From: Fluviicola sp.
GTDB taxonomy: Bacteria > Bacteroidota > Bacteroidia > Flavobacteriales_D > Crocinitomicaceae
Direction of reading: 5' to 3'
Assembly: GCA_029866325.1 (NCBI GenBank)
Contig: JARWZO010000005.1
Span: 215,049 to 279,048, forward strand
DNA length: 64,000 bases
How positions within the stretch are numbered: position 1 is the stretch's first letter; the number at the start of each line of letters is the position of its first letter. Of this stretch, positions 28,657 through 37,985 are shown piece after piece. The notes under the pieces were generated by a model. It was given only the letters and a program-made list of their open reading frames with translations. It made no database searches and was not told the DNA's origin. A program made the position numbers and the translations under genes.

Positions 28657-29682
28657 ATGGGACTCTTTAATTTTCTTACGCAAGAAATTGCTATCGACTT
28701 AGGTACTGCTAACACACTCATTATCATGAATGATAAGGTGGTAGTGGACGAACCGTCTATCGTGGCAAAAGACATTCAAACGGGCAAAGTTGTGGCTATC
28801 GGTAAGAAAGCACAGCAGATGCACGGAAAAACACACAAATTAATTGAAACGGTAAGGCCATTGAAAGATGGTGTGATTGCCGATTTCCAGAGCGCAGAAC
28901 AAATGATTCGCGGGTTTATCAAAATGATCAATCCCGGAAAACGTATGTTTAATCCTACCTTGCGAATGGTGATTTGTATTCCTTCGGGAATTACAGAGGT
29001 TGAAAAACGTGCCGTTCGTGACTCTGCCGAACATGCAGGAGCAAAAGAGGTTTACCTTATTCACGAGCCAATGGCTGCAGCAATTGGTATTGGTATCGAC
29101 GTTGAAGAGCCAATGGGAAATATGATCATCGATATCGGTGGTGGTACTTCCGAAATTGCGGTAATTGCGTTGGGAGGAATTGTATGTGATAAATCGATCC
29201 GTATTGCGGGTGATGATTTCACATCAGACATTGAAGAGTACATGCGTCGTCAGCACAACATTTTGGTGGGCGAGCGTACAGCTGAACAAATCAAAATTGA
29301 AGTAGGTGCAGCATTGCCGGAATTGGATAATCCGCCAGCAGATTTCGCCGTTCGTGGTCGCGACTTGATGACGGGGATTCCGAAGGAGATTATCATTACT
29401 TACTCGGAAGTAGCTCATGCACTGGACAAAACGATTTCTAAAATCGAAGAAGCGATTTTGAGTGCGTTGGAGCAAACGCCACCGGAATTGTCAGCCGATA
29501 TCTATAAAACAGGTATTTACCTTGCGGGTGGTGGTTCTATGCTTCGTGGTTTGGATCGCAGAATTAATGAGAAAACCAAATTGCCTGTTCACATTGCCGA
29601 AGATCCGCTTCGCGCAGTAGCTCGTGGTACAAGTATCGCGTTGAAGAATCTGGATCGATTCCAGTTCTTGATAAAGGATTAA
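28657..29682 (+). CDS. mreB: Rod shape-determining actin homologue MreB
   Basis: IAIDLGTANT, ICIPSGITEVEKRAV, IDIGGGTSE, AGDDF and LAGGGSML. Confidence 0.98.
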   Translation: MGLFNFLTQEIAIDLGTANTLIIMNDKVVVDEPSIVAKDIQTGKVVAIGKKAQQMHGKTHKLIETVRPLKDGVIADFQSAEQMIRGFIKMINPGKRMFNPTLRMVICIPSGITEVEKRAVRDSAEHAGAKEVYLIHEPMAAAIGIGIDVEEPMGNMIIDIGGGTSEIAVIALGGIVCDKSIRIAGDDFTSDIEEYMRRQHNILVGERTAEQIKIEVGAALPELDNPPADFAVRGRDLMTGIPKEIIITYSEVAHALDKTISKIEEAILSALEQTPPELSADIYKTGIYLAGGGSMLRGLDRRINEKTKLPVHIAEDPLRAVARGTSIALKNLDRFQFLIKD

Positions 29683-29701
29683 ATTACAATTACATAAAGA
29701 G

Positions 29702-29731
29702 AAGGTGTCAGCGATGTTGGCGCCTTTTTTT
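29702..29731 (+). terminator. Rho-independent terminator after mreB
   Basis: AAGGTGTCAGC-GAT-GTTGGCGCCTT followed by a T run. Confidence 0.8.
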
Positions 29732-30142
29732 GTGGGGTGATTTTCGCCGAGGAAATTTCCAAATTGGACATTTGTCAAATTTGCCACATGGTAAATTTGA
29801 AACATTGCTCGTGTAATTTTCCCCGAAATTTTTTGAGAAAATACTATCCGTCGCGGCGGATAAACGTCTAAAATTGCGCAATTTTAAAATTGTACTCCGC
29901 CTGAGGCTGACAAAGAAGTGTATTTTCACTGACCTACAGAGCTAACCCCTTCCTAATTCCAACCTTTTTGGTGTCCGGACATCACTTACCGGTAATTTAG
30001 TTTTCGAAGGACAATCAGTCTTGTTTCCAGTTCAAAAAAATGACATTATCAAATCAAAAGAATGGGTGTACCAATGATTTAATTTGGGCTACACTTTTTA
30101 GATAAACACAGAATGTTATATATTTAAGTGTAAATTTTTGCT

Positions 30143-31363
30143 ATGAAAACCAACTTATTACTTCTCGTAACGCTGTTGATTTCTGTTTCTGTCAAAGCAC
30201 AGTTGAATGGATATCTCAGTTACCTCCACAATCCCGGTTGTGATAATCAAAGTGGTGCAGTGGCTGTACAAGCCGTTGGCGGAGTAGGCAATTACACCTA
30301 TTTATGGTCAAATGGTTCCACAAACGATACGGTTTACAATCTTGGCGCCGGAGTTTATTCCGTAACGGTTTACAGCGGAAGTGATTCAATTATACAAACC
30401 ATTACCCTTGATCCGTTTGGCATTGAAAATGTAGCGGTTCAACATGACTGCAACGGCGATGGTGGCAGTATTTTTCTTGACAATATAGTAGCATCATATC
30501 CCTTGCAATTCCATTGGTATCAAAATCAAGTATTGATGAACGAAACGGGGTTTTTCGTAAACAATCTAACGGCTGATAACTACCAATATGCCGTAATAGA
30601 TGCCGAAGGATGTATCGATTCCGGAACGGTAGTAATCAGTGCGTCTTCTCCTCACATGGACGTCTTCCTTTCCGATTCCACACTTTGTTGGGGTCAGAGT
30701 TCTCAGGTTTGGTTTACGCCCGGTTTCACCCTCATCGATGGCAGTGGAAATTACTTTAATTCAACGATTGATACGTTTACGTACGTCGATCAAATGGGAT
30801 CGAGTGGCATTCCGCAAGATGGGATGGATTCACTGGGTTGTTTGACAAATCACATTGATCAATTCCCTTTTATTTACTTGCAGCCACATCCTGATGCAAT
30901 GACGATTTACACCTTTCAAGACACCCTTTCACTAACGTTTGGGCCTGTTTTGTCGCCAGATCCATTGAACACATATAGTTGGTATAAAGATGGGGCCTTG
31001 CTTACTGAAAATGCGTTTTCATATTTAGTAGTGAACACAGGCGGGTTGTATTCAGTGATCAGAACAAATCAATTCGGTTGTTCCAACTATGGGGTAACTC
31101 AGGTTACGTTTGCCGATATTGATCTACCGGAAATAGAAGAAATCAGTATTTACCCAAATCCTGCTGTTGGCGGTGAAATATGGCAAATTGAGATCGCGGA
31201 TTTTAACAGAATACTGAGCTATTCACTATTCGACAGCAATGGTCGTGAACTAACATCCGGTGAGTTATCGGCCTCTGTAAGCACAATTTCAGCTCCGGAT
31301 AAAGCAGGCATATATTTCCTTGAAATCGAAAACCGACGGTTTAAACTCATAAGTGTCCGTTAG
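30143..31363 (+). CDS. T9SS type A cargo with SprB-like repeats
   Basis: Signal peptide; GGVGNYTYLWSNG...NLGAGVYSVTV (SprB repeat); CTD IYPNPA...LFDSNGRE...GIYFLEI. Confidence 0.75.
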   Translation: MKTNLLLLVTLLISVSVKAQLNGYLSYLHNPGCDNQSGAVAVQAVGGVGNYTYLWSNGSTNDTVYNLGAGVYSVTVYSGSDSIIQTITLDPFGIENVAVQHDCNGDGGSIFLDNIVASYPLQFHWYQNQVLMNETGFFVNNLTADNYQYAVIDAEGCIDSGTVVISASSPHMDVFLSDSTLCWGQSSQVWFTPGFTLIDGSGNYFNSTIDTFTYVDQMGSSGIPQDGMDSLGCLTNHIDQFPFIYLQPHPDAMTIYTFQDTLSLTFGPVLSPDPLNTYSWYKDGALLTENAFSYLVVNTGGLYSVIRTNQFGCSNYGVTQVTFADIDLPEIEEISIYPNPAVGGEIWQIEIADFNRILSYSLFDSNGRELTSGELSASVSTISAPDKAGIYFLEIENRRFKLISVR

Positions 31364-31396
31364 AAATACGGTTCGACTCTTGATTACTTGCTTGTT

Positions 31397-32011
31397 CTAG
31401 TGTTTTTGCTCTGCGATTGCCTGTACCATCGACGAAATATTAGTGGTAAACAGTTTCACCGCTATAGCCAGCAAGATAATCCCGAAGACTTTTTTCAAAA
31501 TGGCAATTCCACCTGGACCAAGGAAAATCTCCAACCGTTTGGTTAAACGCAGAACGACGTATACAATTATAACATTGATCATAATTGCCAGGATGATATT
31601 GATATTTTGAAACTCTGCTCTCAGTGAAACCAGCGTTGTCATGGTTCCCGCTCCGGCAATAATCGGAAACGCCAATGGCACAATACTTGCCGTTTTTCCC
31701 GAAACATTGTCGCGAAACAAGCGAACCCCCAAAATCATTTCCAGACTCATCGCGAATAAAATCAATGAACCTGCCACGGCAAACGATTTAATATCAACGC
31801 CGAATAACTTCAGGATGCTTTCTCCTAGAATCAAAAAACCGATCATAATTCCCAGCGAGACCAAACTAGTGCGCATCGGGTGAAGATCGCCGGCTTGTTC
31901 TTTGAGTTTGATGATCAGCGGAACAGAACCGACAATATCAATTACAGCAAACAAGACCATCGTAGCCTTGAACAATTCGGAAGGATTGAATCCTGAAAAA
32001 AATGCGTTCAT
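31397..32011 (-). CDS. MarC-family membrane protein
   Basis: LFAVIDIVGSVP, VPLAFPIIAGAGT and GIILLAIAV. Confidence 0.9.
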   Translation of the reverse strand: MNAFFSGFNPSELFKATMVLFAVIDIVGSVPLIIKLKEQAGDLHPMRTSLVSLGIMIGFLILGESILKLFGVDIKSFAVAGSLILFAMSLEMILGVRLFRDNVSGKTASIVPLAFPIIAGAGTMTTLVSLRAEFQNINIILAIMINVIIVYVVLRLTKRLEIFLGPGGIAILKKVFGIILLAIAVKLFTTNISSMVQAIAEQKH

Positions 32012-32586
32012 ACCTGTTCTAGAATTACGGTTTCTACCACATCGGAAAAATGGCGATGTTCCAATTCCTGCACTTTTGCAGCCACTGACTCCGGTGTATC
32101 GTTTGCAGAAATGGCAACTTTAAATTGCGCCAACAATCGCCCTTTATCAAACTCTTCGTTCACTAAGTGAATAGAGATGCCCGTTTCCGGCTCACAGGCG
32201 TCCACTACAGCCTTATGTACATACATTCCATACATTCCCTTCCCGCCAAACTTTGGAAGCAGCGCAGGGTGTATGTTAATGATGCGATCCTGAAACCCAC
32301 GAATGATGTTTACCGGTATTTTACGCAGAAATCCGGCCAGAACAATCCAATCAATGTGGCGGTAATGTAATTCCTGCAACAACGTGAGTCCGCTTTCAAA
32401 TGAAGCATTGTCCATTACCAGCACTTCTATTCCCAATGCGCGCACTTTTTCCACAACAGGCGCGTCGGGTTTGTTGCACACCAACAATGCTACCGAAATG
32501 GTAGAAGAAGCAGTAAAATGCTCAATCAGACGAATTGCATTGGAACCGGTTCCGGATGCAAACACAGCTATGGACTGAATATTCAT
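32008..32586 (-). CDS. purN: Phosphoribosylglycinamide formyltransferase
   Basis: IAVFASGTGSN, LAGFLRKI, NIHPALLPKFGGKGMYG and HLVNEEFDKG; start refined to 32586 because a TACCTTTG promoter box lies at 32591-32598. Confidence 0.96.
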   Translation of the reverse strand: MNIQSIAVFASGTGSNAIRLIEHFTASSTISVALLVCNKPDAPVVEKVRALGIEVLVMDNASFESGLTLLQELHYRHIDWIVLAGFLRKIPVNIIRGFQDRIINIHPALLPKFGGKGMYGMYVHKAVVDACEPETGISIHLVNEEFDKGRLLAQFKVAISANDTPESVAAKVQELEHRHFSDVVETVILEQV

Positions 32587-32820
32587 GCCGCAAAGGTAAG
32601 TTCTCTGAACCGAATAGGAGTGTTTAGTGCTCAAAATCCGCAGGATATTTGCCAAGACGTGTTATTTAACATAGTTGCAAAACCGCTCTAAAGGGCAGCA
32701 AACAAACCAACTATCACGCTTTTGACGAAAGCCTTTCATCAATTAAGTTCAGATATATTTTGTTTATATGGGTTTTCCTTTTTTCTTTGCAAGCTGAAAA
32801 ACCTTATAAACGATTTTGAG

Positions 32821-33057
32821 ATGTCTGATATCAAGTCAAGAGTAATATCTATCATAGTAGATAAATTAGGAGTTGAAGAAACTGAAGTAACAAACGAAGC
32901 AAGCTTCACAAACGATCTAGGTGCTGATTCCTTAGATACAGTAGAGTTGATTATGGAATTCGAAAAAGAATTCAATATCGCTATTCCTGACGATCAAGCA
33001 GAAAACATTCAAACTGTTGGTGACGCAGTTACTTACATTGAGCAAAACGCTAACTAA
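32821..33057 (+). CDS. acpP: Acyl carrier protein
   Basis: [17 protein letters not shown] phosphopantetheine motif; start at ATG 32821 (MSDIKS). Confidence 0.97.
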   Translation: MSDIKSRVISIIVDKLGVEETEVTNEASFTNDLGADSLDTVELIMEFEKEFNIAIPDDQAENIQTVGDAVTYIEQNAN

Positions 33058-33101
33058 GAATTTGCTTCAACGGAGCAGATAGACGAACGAACATCACATT
33101 T

Positions 33102-34355
33102 ATGGAGCTTAAGAGAGTTGTTGTTACTGGGCTTGGTGCATTAACACCGATAGGAAATACCGTTACCGAGTATTGGGAAAATCTTCTCAAAGGTAAGAGT
33201 GGAGCCGCCCCTATTCAACAATTTGATGCTTCGAAGTTCAAAACGCTGTTTGCTTGTGAAGTTAAAAACTTTAATGTCGAAGATTTTATCGACAGAAAAG
33301 AAGCTCGGAAATTAGATCAATTTTCACAATACGCCATGGTCTCTGCTACAGAGGCCATGGTTGATTCTAAATTATTGGAATCGAATCCAAACTTGGATCG
33401 TATCGGTGTGATTTGGGGTTCGGGAATCGGAGGTCTGAAAACGTTCCAGGATGAAGCACAAAATTTCTTCGCCGGTGACGGAACTCCTAAATTCAATCCG
33501 TTCTTTATTCCGAAAATGATCGCTGACATAGCGGCCGGGCACATTTCCATTAAGTATGGTTTGCGCGGACCGAATTATGTCACCGTTTCTGCATGTGCTT
33601 CTTCCACCAATGCAATCATCGATGCGTTTAACCTGATTCGTTTGGGGAAAGCCGATGCATTTGTTACAGGTGGTTCCGAAGCGGCAGTAAATGAAATGGG
33701 GATGGGAGGTTTCAATGGTTTGAAAGCCCTTTCTACCCGCAATGATTCACCTGAAACGGCTTCTCGTCCGTTTGATTTGGATCGCGACGGTTTTGTACTT
33801 GGCGAAGGTGGTGGTGCGTTGATTCTTGAAGAATACGAACACGCAATCAAGCGCGGTGCAAACATCTACGCAGAAGTTTTGGGTGGCGGAATGTCGGGTG
33901 ATGCTTATCACATGACGGCTCCACATCCGGATGGAATCGGTGCACGAAACGTAATGATCGCCGCATTGGAAGACGCAAATCTTTCACCGGAATCGGTTGA
34001 TTACGTAAACGTTCACGGAACTTCCACACCTTTAGGTGATATCGCTGAAACGAAAGCAATTTTGCAGGTTTTCGGTGAGCACGCTTATAATCTCAACATC
34101 AGTTCAACCAAATCCATGACGGGTCACCTATTGGGAGCAGCAGGTGCTATTGAAGCAATTGCATGCATTTTGGCAGTGAAAAATGATATTGTTCCTCCTA
34201 CTATTAATCACTTCACAGACGATCCTGAAATCGACAACCGTTTGAATTTCACGTTCAACACTCCGCAAAAACGTACTGTTGATGTTGCATTGTCAAATAC
34301 CTTTGGTTTCGGTGGTCACAACACGTCTGTGATTGTTCGAAAATTCAAAGGCTAG
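33102..34355 (+). CDS. fabF: 3-oxoacyl-ACP synthase II
   Basis: RVVVTGLG, SACASS, NVHGTSTPLGD, KSMTGHLLGAAG and SNTFGFGGHN. Confidence 0.97.
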   Translation: MELKRVVVTGLGALTPIGNTVTEYWENLLKGKSGAAPIQQFDASKFKTLFACEVKNFNVEDFIDRKEARKLDQFSQYAMVSATEAMVDSKLLESNPNLDRIGVIWGSGIGGLKTFQDEAQNFFAGDGTPKFNPFFIPKMIADIAAGHISIKYGLRGPNYVTVSACASSTNAIIDAFNLIRLGKADAFVTGGSEAAVNEMGMGGFNGLKALSTRNDSPETASRPFDLDRDGFVLGEGGGALILEEYEHAIKRGANIYAEVLGGGMSGDAYHMTAPHPDGIGARNVMIAALEDANLSPESVDYVNVHGTSTPLGDIAETKAILQVFGEHAYNLNISSTKSMTGHLLGAAGAIEAIACILAVKNDIVPPTINHFTDDPEIDNRLNFTFNTPQKRTVDVALSNTFGFGGHNTSVIVRKFKG

Positions 34356-35078
34356 TTGCGATTTAGATTCCCATTTTTAGCAGGACGAAAGTCGCCGGAA
34401 GATCTTGATCTTATCCGCTTTTTTATTGAAAAATTTGGCTACCGTCCCAAAAATCTGGAACTGTTTTACGAAGCCATTACCCATCGTTCCATCGCGTTTG
34501 CTGCACCGAAAGAATTTTCCAATGAACGACTCGAATTTTTGGGCGATGCAATTCTGGATGCGATCATTGCCGAATTCCTGTTCCAAAAATTCCCGGATCA
34601 AGACGAAGGTTATCTCACCAAAGTGAAATCAAAAGTAGTTTCCAGAAAAACCCTTTCCGATTTGGGAGAAGAATTGGAATTGCGTAAAATTTTGCGTTAT
34701 AACAAAGGTCGGTCTATCAACCTCTCATCGCTTGAAGGAAATGCCTTTGAAGCAATTATCGGTGCTATTTACCTCGATAGTTCGTTTGAAACGGTCAAAA
34801 AAATCTTGCATCATCATATTTTTCGCAAGTATGTTGATTTGAATAAAATCCTGATAGAGGAAATCGATTTTAAGTCGAAACTGTTTATTTGGAGCCAAAA
34901 GCGCCGTTTGGAACTGGAATTTCAAGTGCTTCTGGAAGAAAACACCCATGGAACCTGGAAATACGAAGTCATGGTTCAGGTCAACGGAACCAACTACGGA
35001 AAGGGAACGGGAGCTTCCAAAAAGATTGCAGAACAAGCTGCAGCCCGCGAAACGCTCATTTTGATGGGAGAACTTTAG
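34356..35078 (+). CDS. rnc: Ribonuclease III
   Basis: NERLEFLGDAILD signature and a C-terminal dsRBD (G.GASKKIAEQAAA); TTG start directly after the fabF stop. Confidence 0.93.
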   Translation: MRFRFPFLAGRKSPEDLDLIRFFIEKFGYRPKNLELFYEAITHRSIAFAAPKEFSNERLEFLGDAILDAIIAEFLFQKFPDQDEGYLTKVKSKVVSRKTLSDLGEELELRKILRYNKGRSINLSSLEGNAFEAIIGAIYLDSSFETVKKILHHHIFRKYVDLNKILIEEIDFKSKLFIWSQKRRLELEFQVLLEENTHGTWKYEVMVQVNGTNYGKGTGASKKIAEQAAARETLILMGEL

Positions 35079-35082
35079 GAAA

Positions 35083-35274
35083 TTTTGATGTTGGATGCTT
35101 GATGTTGGATTGGGCTTCAGGTATGCATGACATTTATGGAACGGAAACATGACTTTATTGATAAGTAAGAGTTAGAATCCCAAGAATCAAACACCCGGTT
35201 AATATAGCTTCCTAGCTCTTAAAACCTTAGGAAAATTCAATCAAACATCAAAAATCAAGCATCCAACATCAAAA
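35083..35274. repeat. Heptamer-built 21-bp inverted repeat enclosing ~150 bp of decayed coding-like sequence
   Basis: TTTTGATGTTGGATGCTTGAT (35083-35103) and ATCAAGCATCCAACATCAAAA (35254-35274) are exact reverse complements. Confidence 0.8.
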
Positions 35275-35377
35275 ATCTGTTATTCACATTCCGGTGATCA
35301 AAAGATAATTCAAAAGCCCGTTCTAACTGCCCGCTATCTGCCGTATTATGGTTAATTTAGTGGCTCATTCCAAGAGT

Positions 35378-35806
35378 ATGGGCAAACAGAAGCGACACTT
35401 ACTTTCATTGGAAACTTCGGTTGATTTCGAATTGATTGGTATTTGTTCCCATCACAGTGATTATCGTTTGACGTGGGGTCTCAATCAGGAATTACGACTC
35501 CAGTTGGCCAAAAGCGACGAACTGTTTGCCATTACCAATAAGAAAGGACAAATTGTTTCGGAACACTCGTATTACTTTTGGTTTGACCCTGAAAATCAGA
35601 TCGAGTTTTACCTGATTAAAAACAAAAACGAAGGGAAGTTTCTGATTCCGGAGCGCAACCAGATTGATTATTTTCTGTTTGTTCGTGATAATGTGACACT
35701 GGAAATGGAGGATGTATTGGAAGAGATAAAGAAAATTAATAGCGTGATGGCAGCTTACCTGTTTGAACCGGAAAGTTTGCCTTCTGCTGAACAAATTATA
35801 TTTTAA
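35378..35806 (+). CDS. IPExxxVDY-family protein
   Basis: FLIPERNQIDYFL motif; the rnc-IPExxxVDY-pyk order is typical of Flavobacteriales; start set at the second ATG. Confidence 0.85.
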   Translation: MGKQKRHLLSLETSVDFELIGICSHHSDYRLTWGLNQELRLQLAKSDELFAITNKKGQIVSEHSYYFWFDPENQIEFYLIKNKNEGKFLIPERNQIDYFLFVRDNVTLEMEDVLEEIKKINSVMAAYLFEPESLPSAEQIIF

Positions 35807-37227
35807 TGAAAAAAACAAAAATTGTTGCCACGTTAGGGCCTGCTTCAACGAGTGACAAAGAAGTATTGCGCCAGATGATGCTGGAAGGTGTGAATGTTTG
35901 CAGATTGAACTGCTCACACGGATCACACGAAGATCACAAGCGCAACATCGACATGATTCGCGAACTGAATGCCGAAACGGGCTTGAATGTAGCCATTTTG
36001 GCCGACTTACAAGGCCCGAAGATTCGTACCTATGAAATGGAAAACAACGGAGTAATGCTGGAAAACGATACCATCGTAACCATTGTAACCGATAAAATTG
36101 TTGGAAACGCAGAGCGTTTCGGTATCAGCTACAAACATATGCCCAGAGATGTGAAACCGGGCGAGCGCATTTTGCTCGACGATGGTAAACTCATGATGGA
36201 AATCGTTTCTACTGATGGCAAAACTGAGATCAAAGCCAAGGTGATTCACGGTGGTATTTTATCTTCTAAAAAAGGAGTAAATCTACCGAATACCTACATT
36301 TCACTTCCTTCGTTGACGGAGAAAGACCGCGAAGATCTTGACTTTGCATTGAACGAAGATGTAGATTGGATCGGTTTGTCGTTTGTGCGCTCAGCACGCG
36401 ACATTATCGAATTAAAACACATTATTTCGCAACAACACCGCAAAGCCCGAGTTATCGCAAAAATCGAAAAACCGGAGGCCGTTGAAGACATCGATGAAAT
36501 CATCAAAGTAAGTGATGCTTTGATGGTGGCTCGTGGCGATTTGGGCGTGGAAGTTCCGTACCAAAACGTACCGTTGATTCAAAAAATGCTTATCCGCAAA
36601 GGACATTTGTATGCCAAACCGGTAATAGTTGCTACCCAGATGATGGAAAGTATGATTACCAACATTTCACCAACCAGAGCTGAAGTAAATGATGTAGCAA
36701 ACGCCGTACTCGATGGAGCCGATGCGGTGATGTTGTCCGGCGAAACTTCTGTGGGTAAATTCCCAATCGAAGTGATCAAAACAATGGCAAACATTGTGCG
36801 CGAAATGGAGAATTTTGAAGGAATCTACAATAAAGAACAATTGCCGGAGAAGTCGCAATCGCGCTTTATTTCCGATTCAATTTGCTTCAACGCTTGCCGT
36901 TTGGCACAACGTGTGGAAGCCGATGCCATCATTACAATGTCGTATTCGGGTTATACAGCGTACAAAATCGCGTCGCAGCGACCGAATGCGCCGATCTTTG
37001 TATTCACTGCCAACAAGGAAATTCTCACCCAACTCAATCTTGTTTGGGGTGTGAAATCGTTTTATTACGACAAAAAAGTCAGTACCGATCACACCATTGC
37101 AGATATCAAGTATTTACTCACCAAAGAAGGTTTGCTCAAGCAAGGCGATTTGGTGATCAATATCGCTTCTATTCCGATTGAAGAAAATGGAAAATCGAAT
37201 ATGTTGAAATTGAGTTACGTAGAATAA
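35806..37227 (+). CDS. pyk: Pyruvate kinase
   Basis: KTKIVATLGPA, DLQGPKIR, IAKIEK, MVARGDLGVE, ATQMMESM and MLSGETS. Confidence 0.98.
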   Translation: MKKTKIVATLGPASTSDKEVLRQMMLEGVNVCRLNCSHGSHEDHKRNIDMIRELNAETGLNVAILADLQGPKIRTYEMENNGVMLENDTIVTIVTDKIVGNAERFGISYKHMPRDVKPGERILLDDGKLMMEIVSTDGKTEIKAKVIHGGILSSKKGVNLPNTYISLPSLTEKDREDLDFALNEDVDWIGLSFVRSARDIIELKHIISQQHRKARVIAKIEKPEAVEDIDEIIKVSDALMVARGDLGVEVPYQNVPLIQKMLIRKGHLYAKPVIVATQMMESMITNISPTRAEVNDVANAVLDGADAVMLSGETSVGKFPIEVIKTMANIVREMENFEGIYNKEQLPEKSQSRFISDSICFNACRLAQRVEADAIITMSYSGYTAYKIASQRPNAPIFVFTANKEILTQLNLVWGVKSFYYDKKVSTDHTIADIKYLLTKEGLLKQGDLVINIASIPIEENGKSNMLKLSYVE

Positions 37228-37251
37228 ATAGTTTGCCTTTCCGGGTAAAAC

Positions 37252-37283
37252 AAAAGCGTCCCTACACTGTAAGGACGCTTTTT
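37252..37283. terminator. Bidirectional terminator after pyk
   Basis: AAAAGCGTCC-loop-GGACGCTTTTT. Confidence 0.8.
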
Positions 37284-37330
37284 GGTTTTATCAAGGATAT
37301 AATGTATTGGCTAGCTGATGCGCTATTTTA

Positions 37331-37432
37331 TCCCACAGATGCGCAGATTTTTTTGCGCTCCTAACGGCAGCGCTTAAAATAATAATTGCGAGTCAGCCTT
37401 AGGCTGAGAGCAAAATCTGTGTATCTGTGGGA
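37331..37432. mobile_element. ~102-bp MITE/REP-like element, copy A
   Basis: Terminal inverted repeats TCCCACAGAT..CAGATTTT / AAAATCTG..ATCTGTGGGA and an internal palindrome TCAGCCTTAGGCTGA; homologous to the inverted copy at 40666-40768. Confidence 0.65.
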
Positions 37433-37477
37433 GTCCTTTTAGCCTGATTTTAAAATGAGATCTAAGTGTTCAGCGAA

Positions 37478-37957
37478 TTACTTAATCGCAAAACGCGCTG
37501 CAATCGCGCCACCGAAATAAGCCTCAGTGTAAGGGAAAAGTCGAAAAGAAGGCCCTGCATCTAAAGCAAGATTCAGCGGAATTTCAGTAAACGTGTATTC
37601 AATCCCTATTACGCCATCTAAACCACCAAAGCTTCCGCTGTTGTAATACTGATTGTTATAATAATGACCATTATCAGTGTCGTAATTCCAAAAGCCGATG
37701 TGTCCGCCGACTCCCCAGTACCAATCAAAACCTTGCCCAAGTGCATAGTTACGTTCATACAATCCCTGAATAAAGAATGAATGTCTGCCGCTACCCAAAC
37801 GAAACTCGCCTGCCGATGCTCCAAAGAAATGTTTAAGATTTAGAGATCCATTATACGGAAAGCCGCCTTTAAATCCAATTGCAGTTTTATACTGCTGCCC
37901 GACTGCGGTAGAGAGCATCGCAATGGCAAAAATGAATGTGATTCCAATTTTTCTCAT
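37478..37957 (-). CDS. Small outer-membrane beta-barrel protein (hypothetical)
   Basis: Signal peptide MRKIGITFIFAIAML...GQ; QQYKTAIG, WYWGVGGHIG and GLDGVIGIEYTFTEIPLNLALD. Confidence 0.7.
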   Translation of the reverse strand: MRKIGITFIFAIAMLSTAVGQQYKTAIGFKGGFPYNGSLNLKHFFGASAGEFRLGSGRHSFFIQGLYERNYALGQGFDWYWGVGGHIGFWNYDTDNGHYYNNQYYNSGSFGGLDGVIGIEYTFTEIPLNLALDAGPSFRLFPYTEAYFGGAIAARFAIK

Positions 37958-37985
37958 GATGTATGAGTTTAGTGCAAAAATATAC

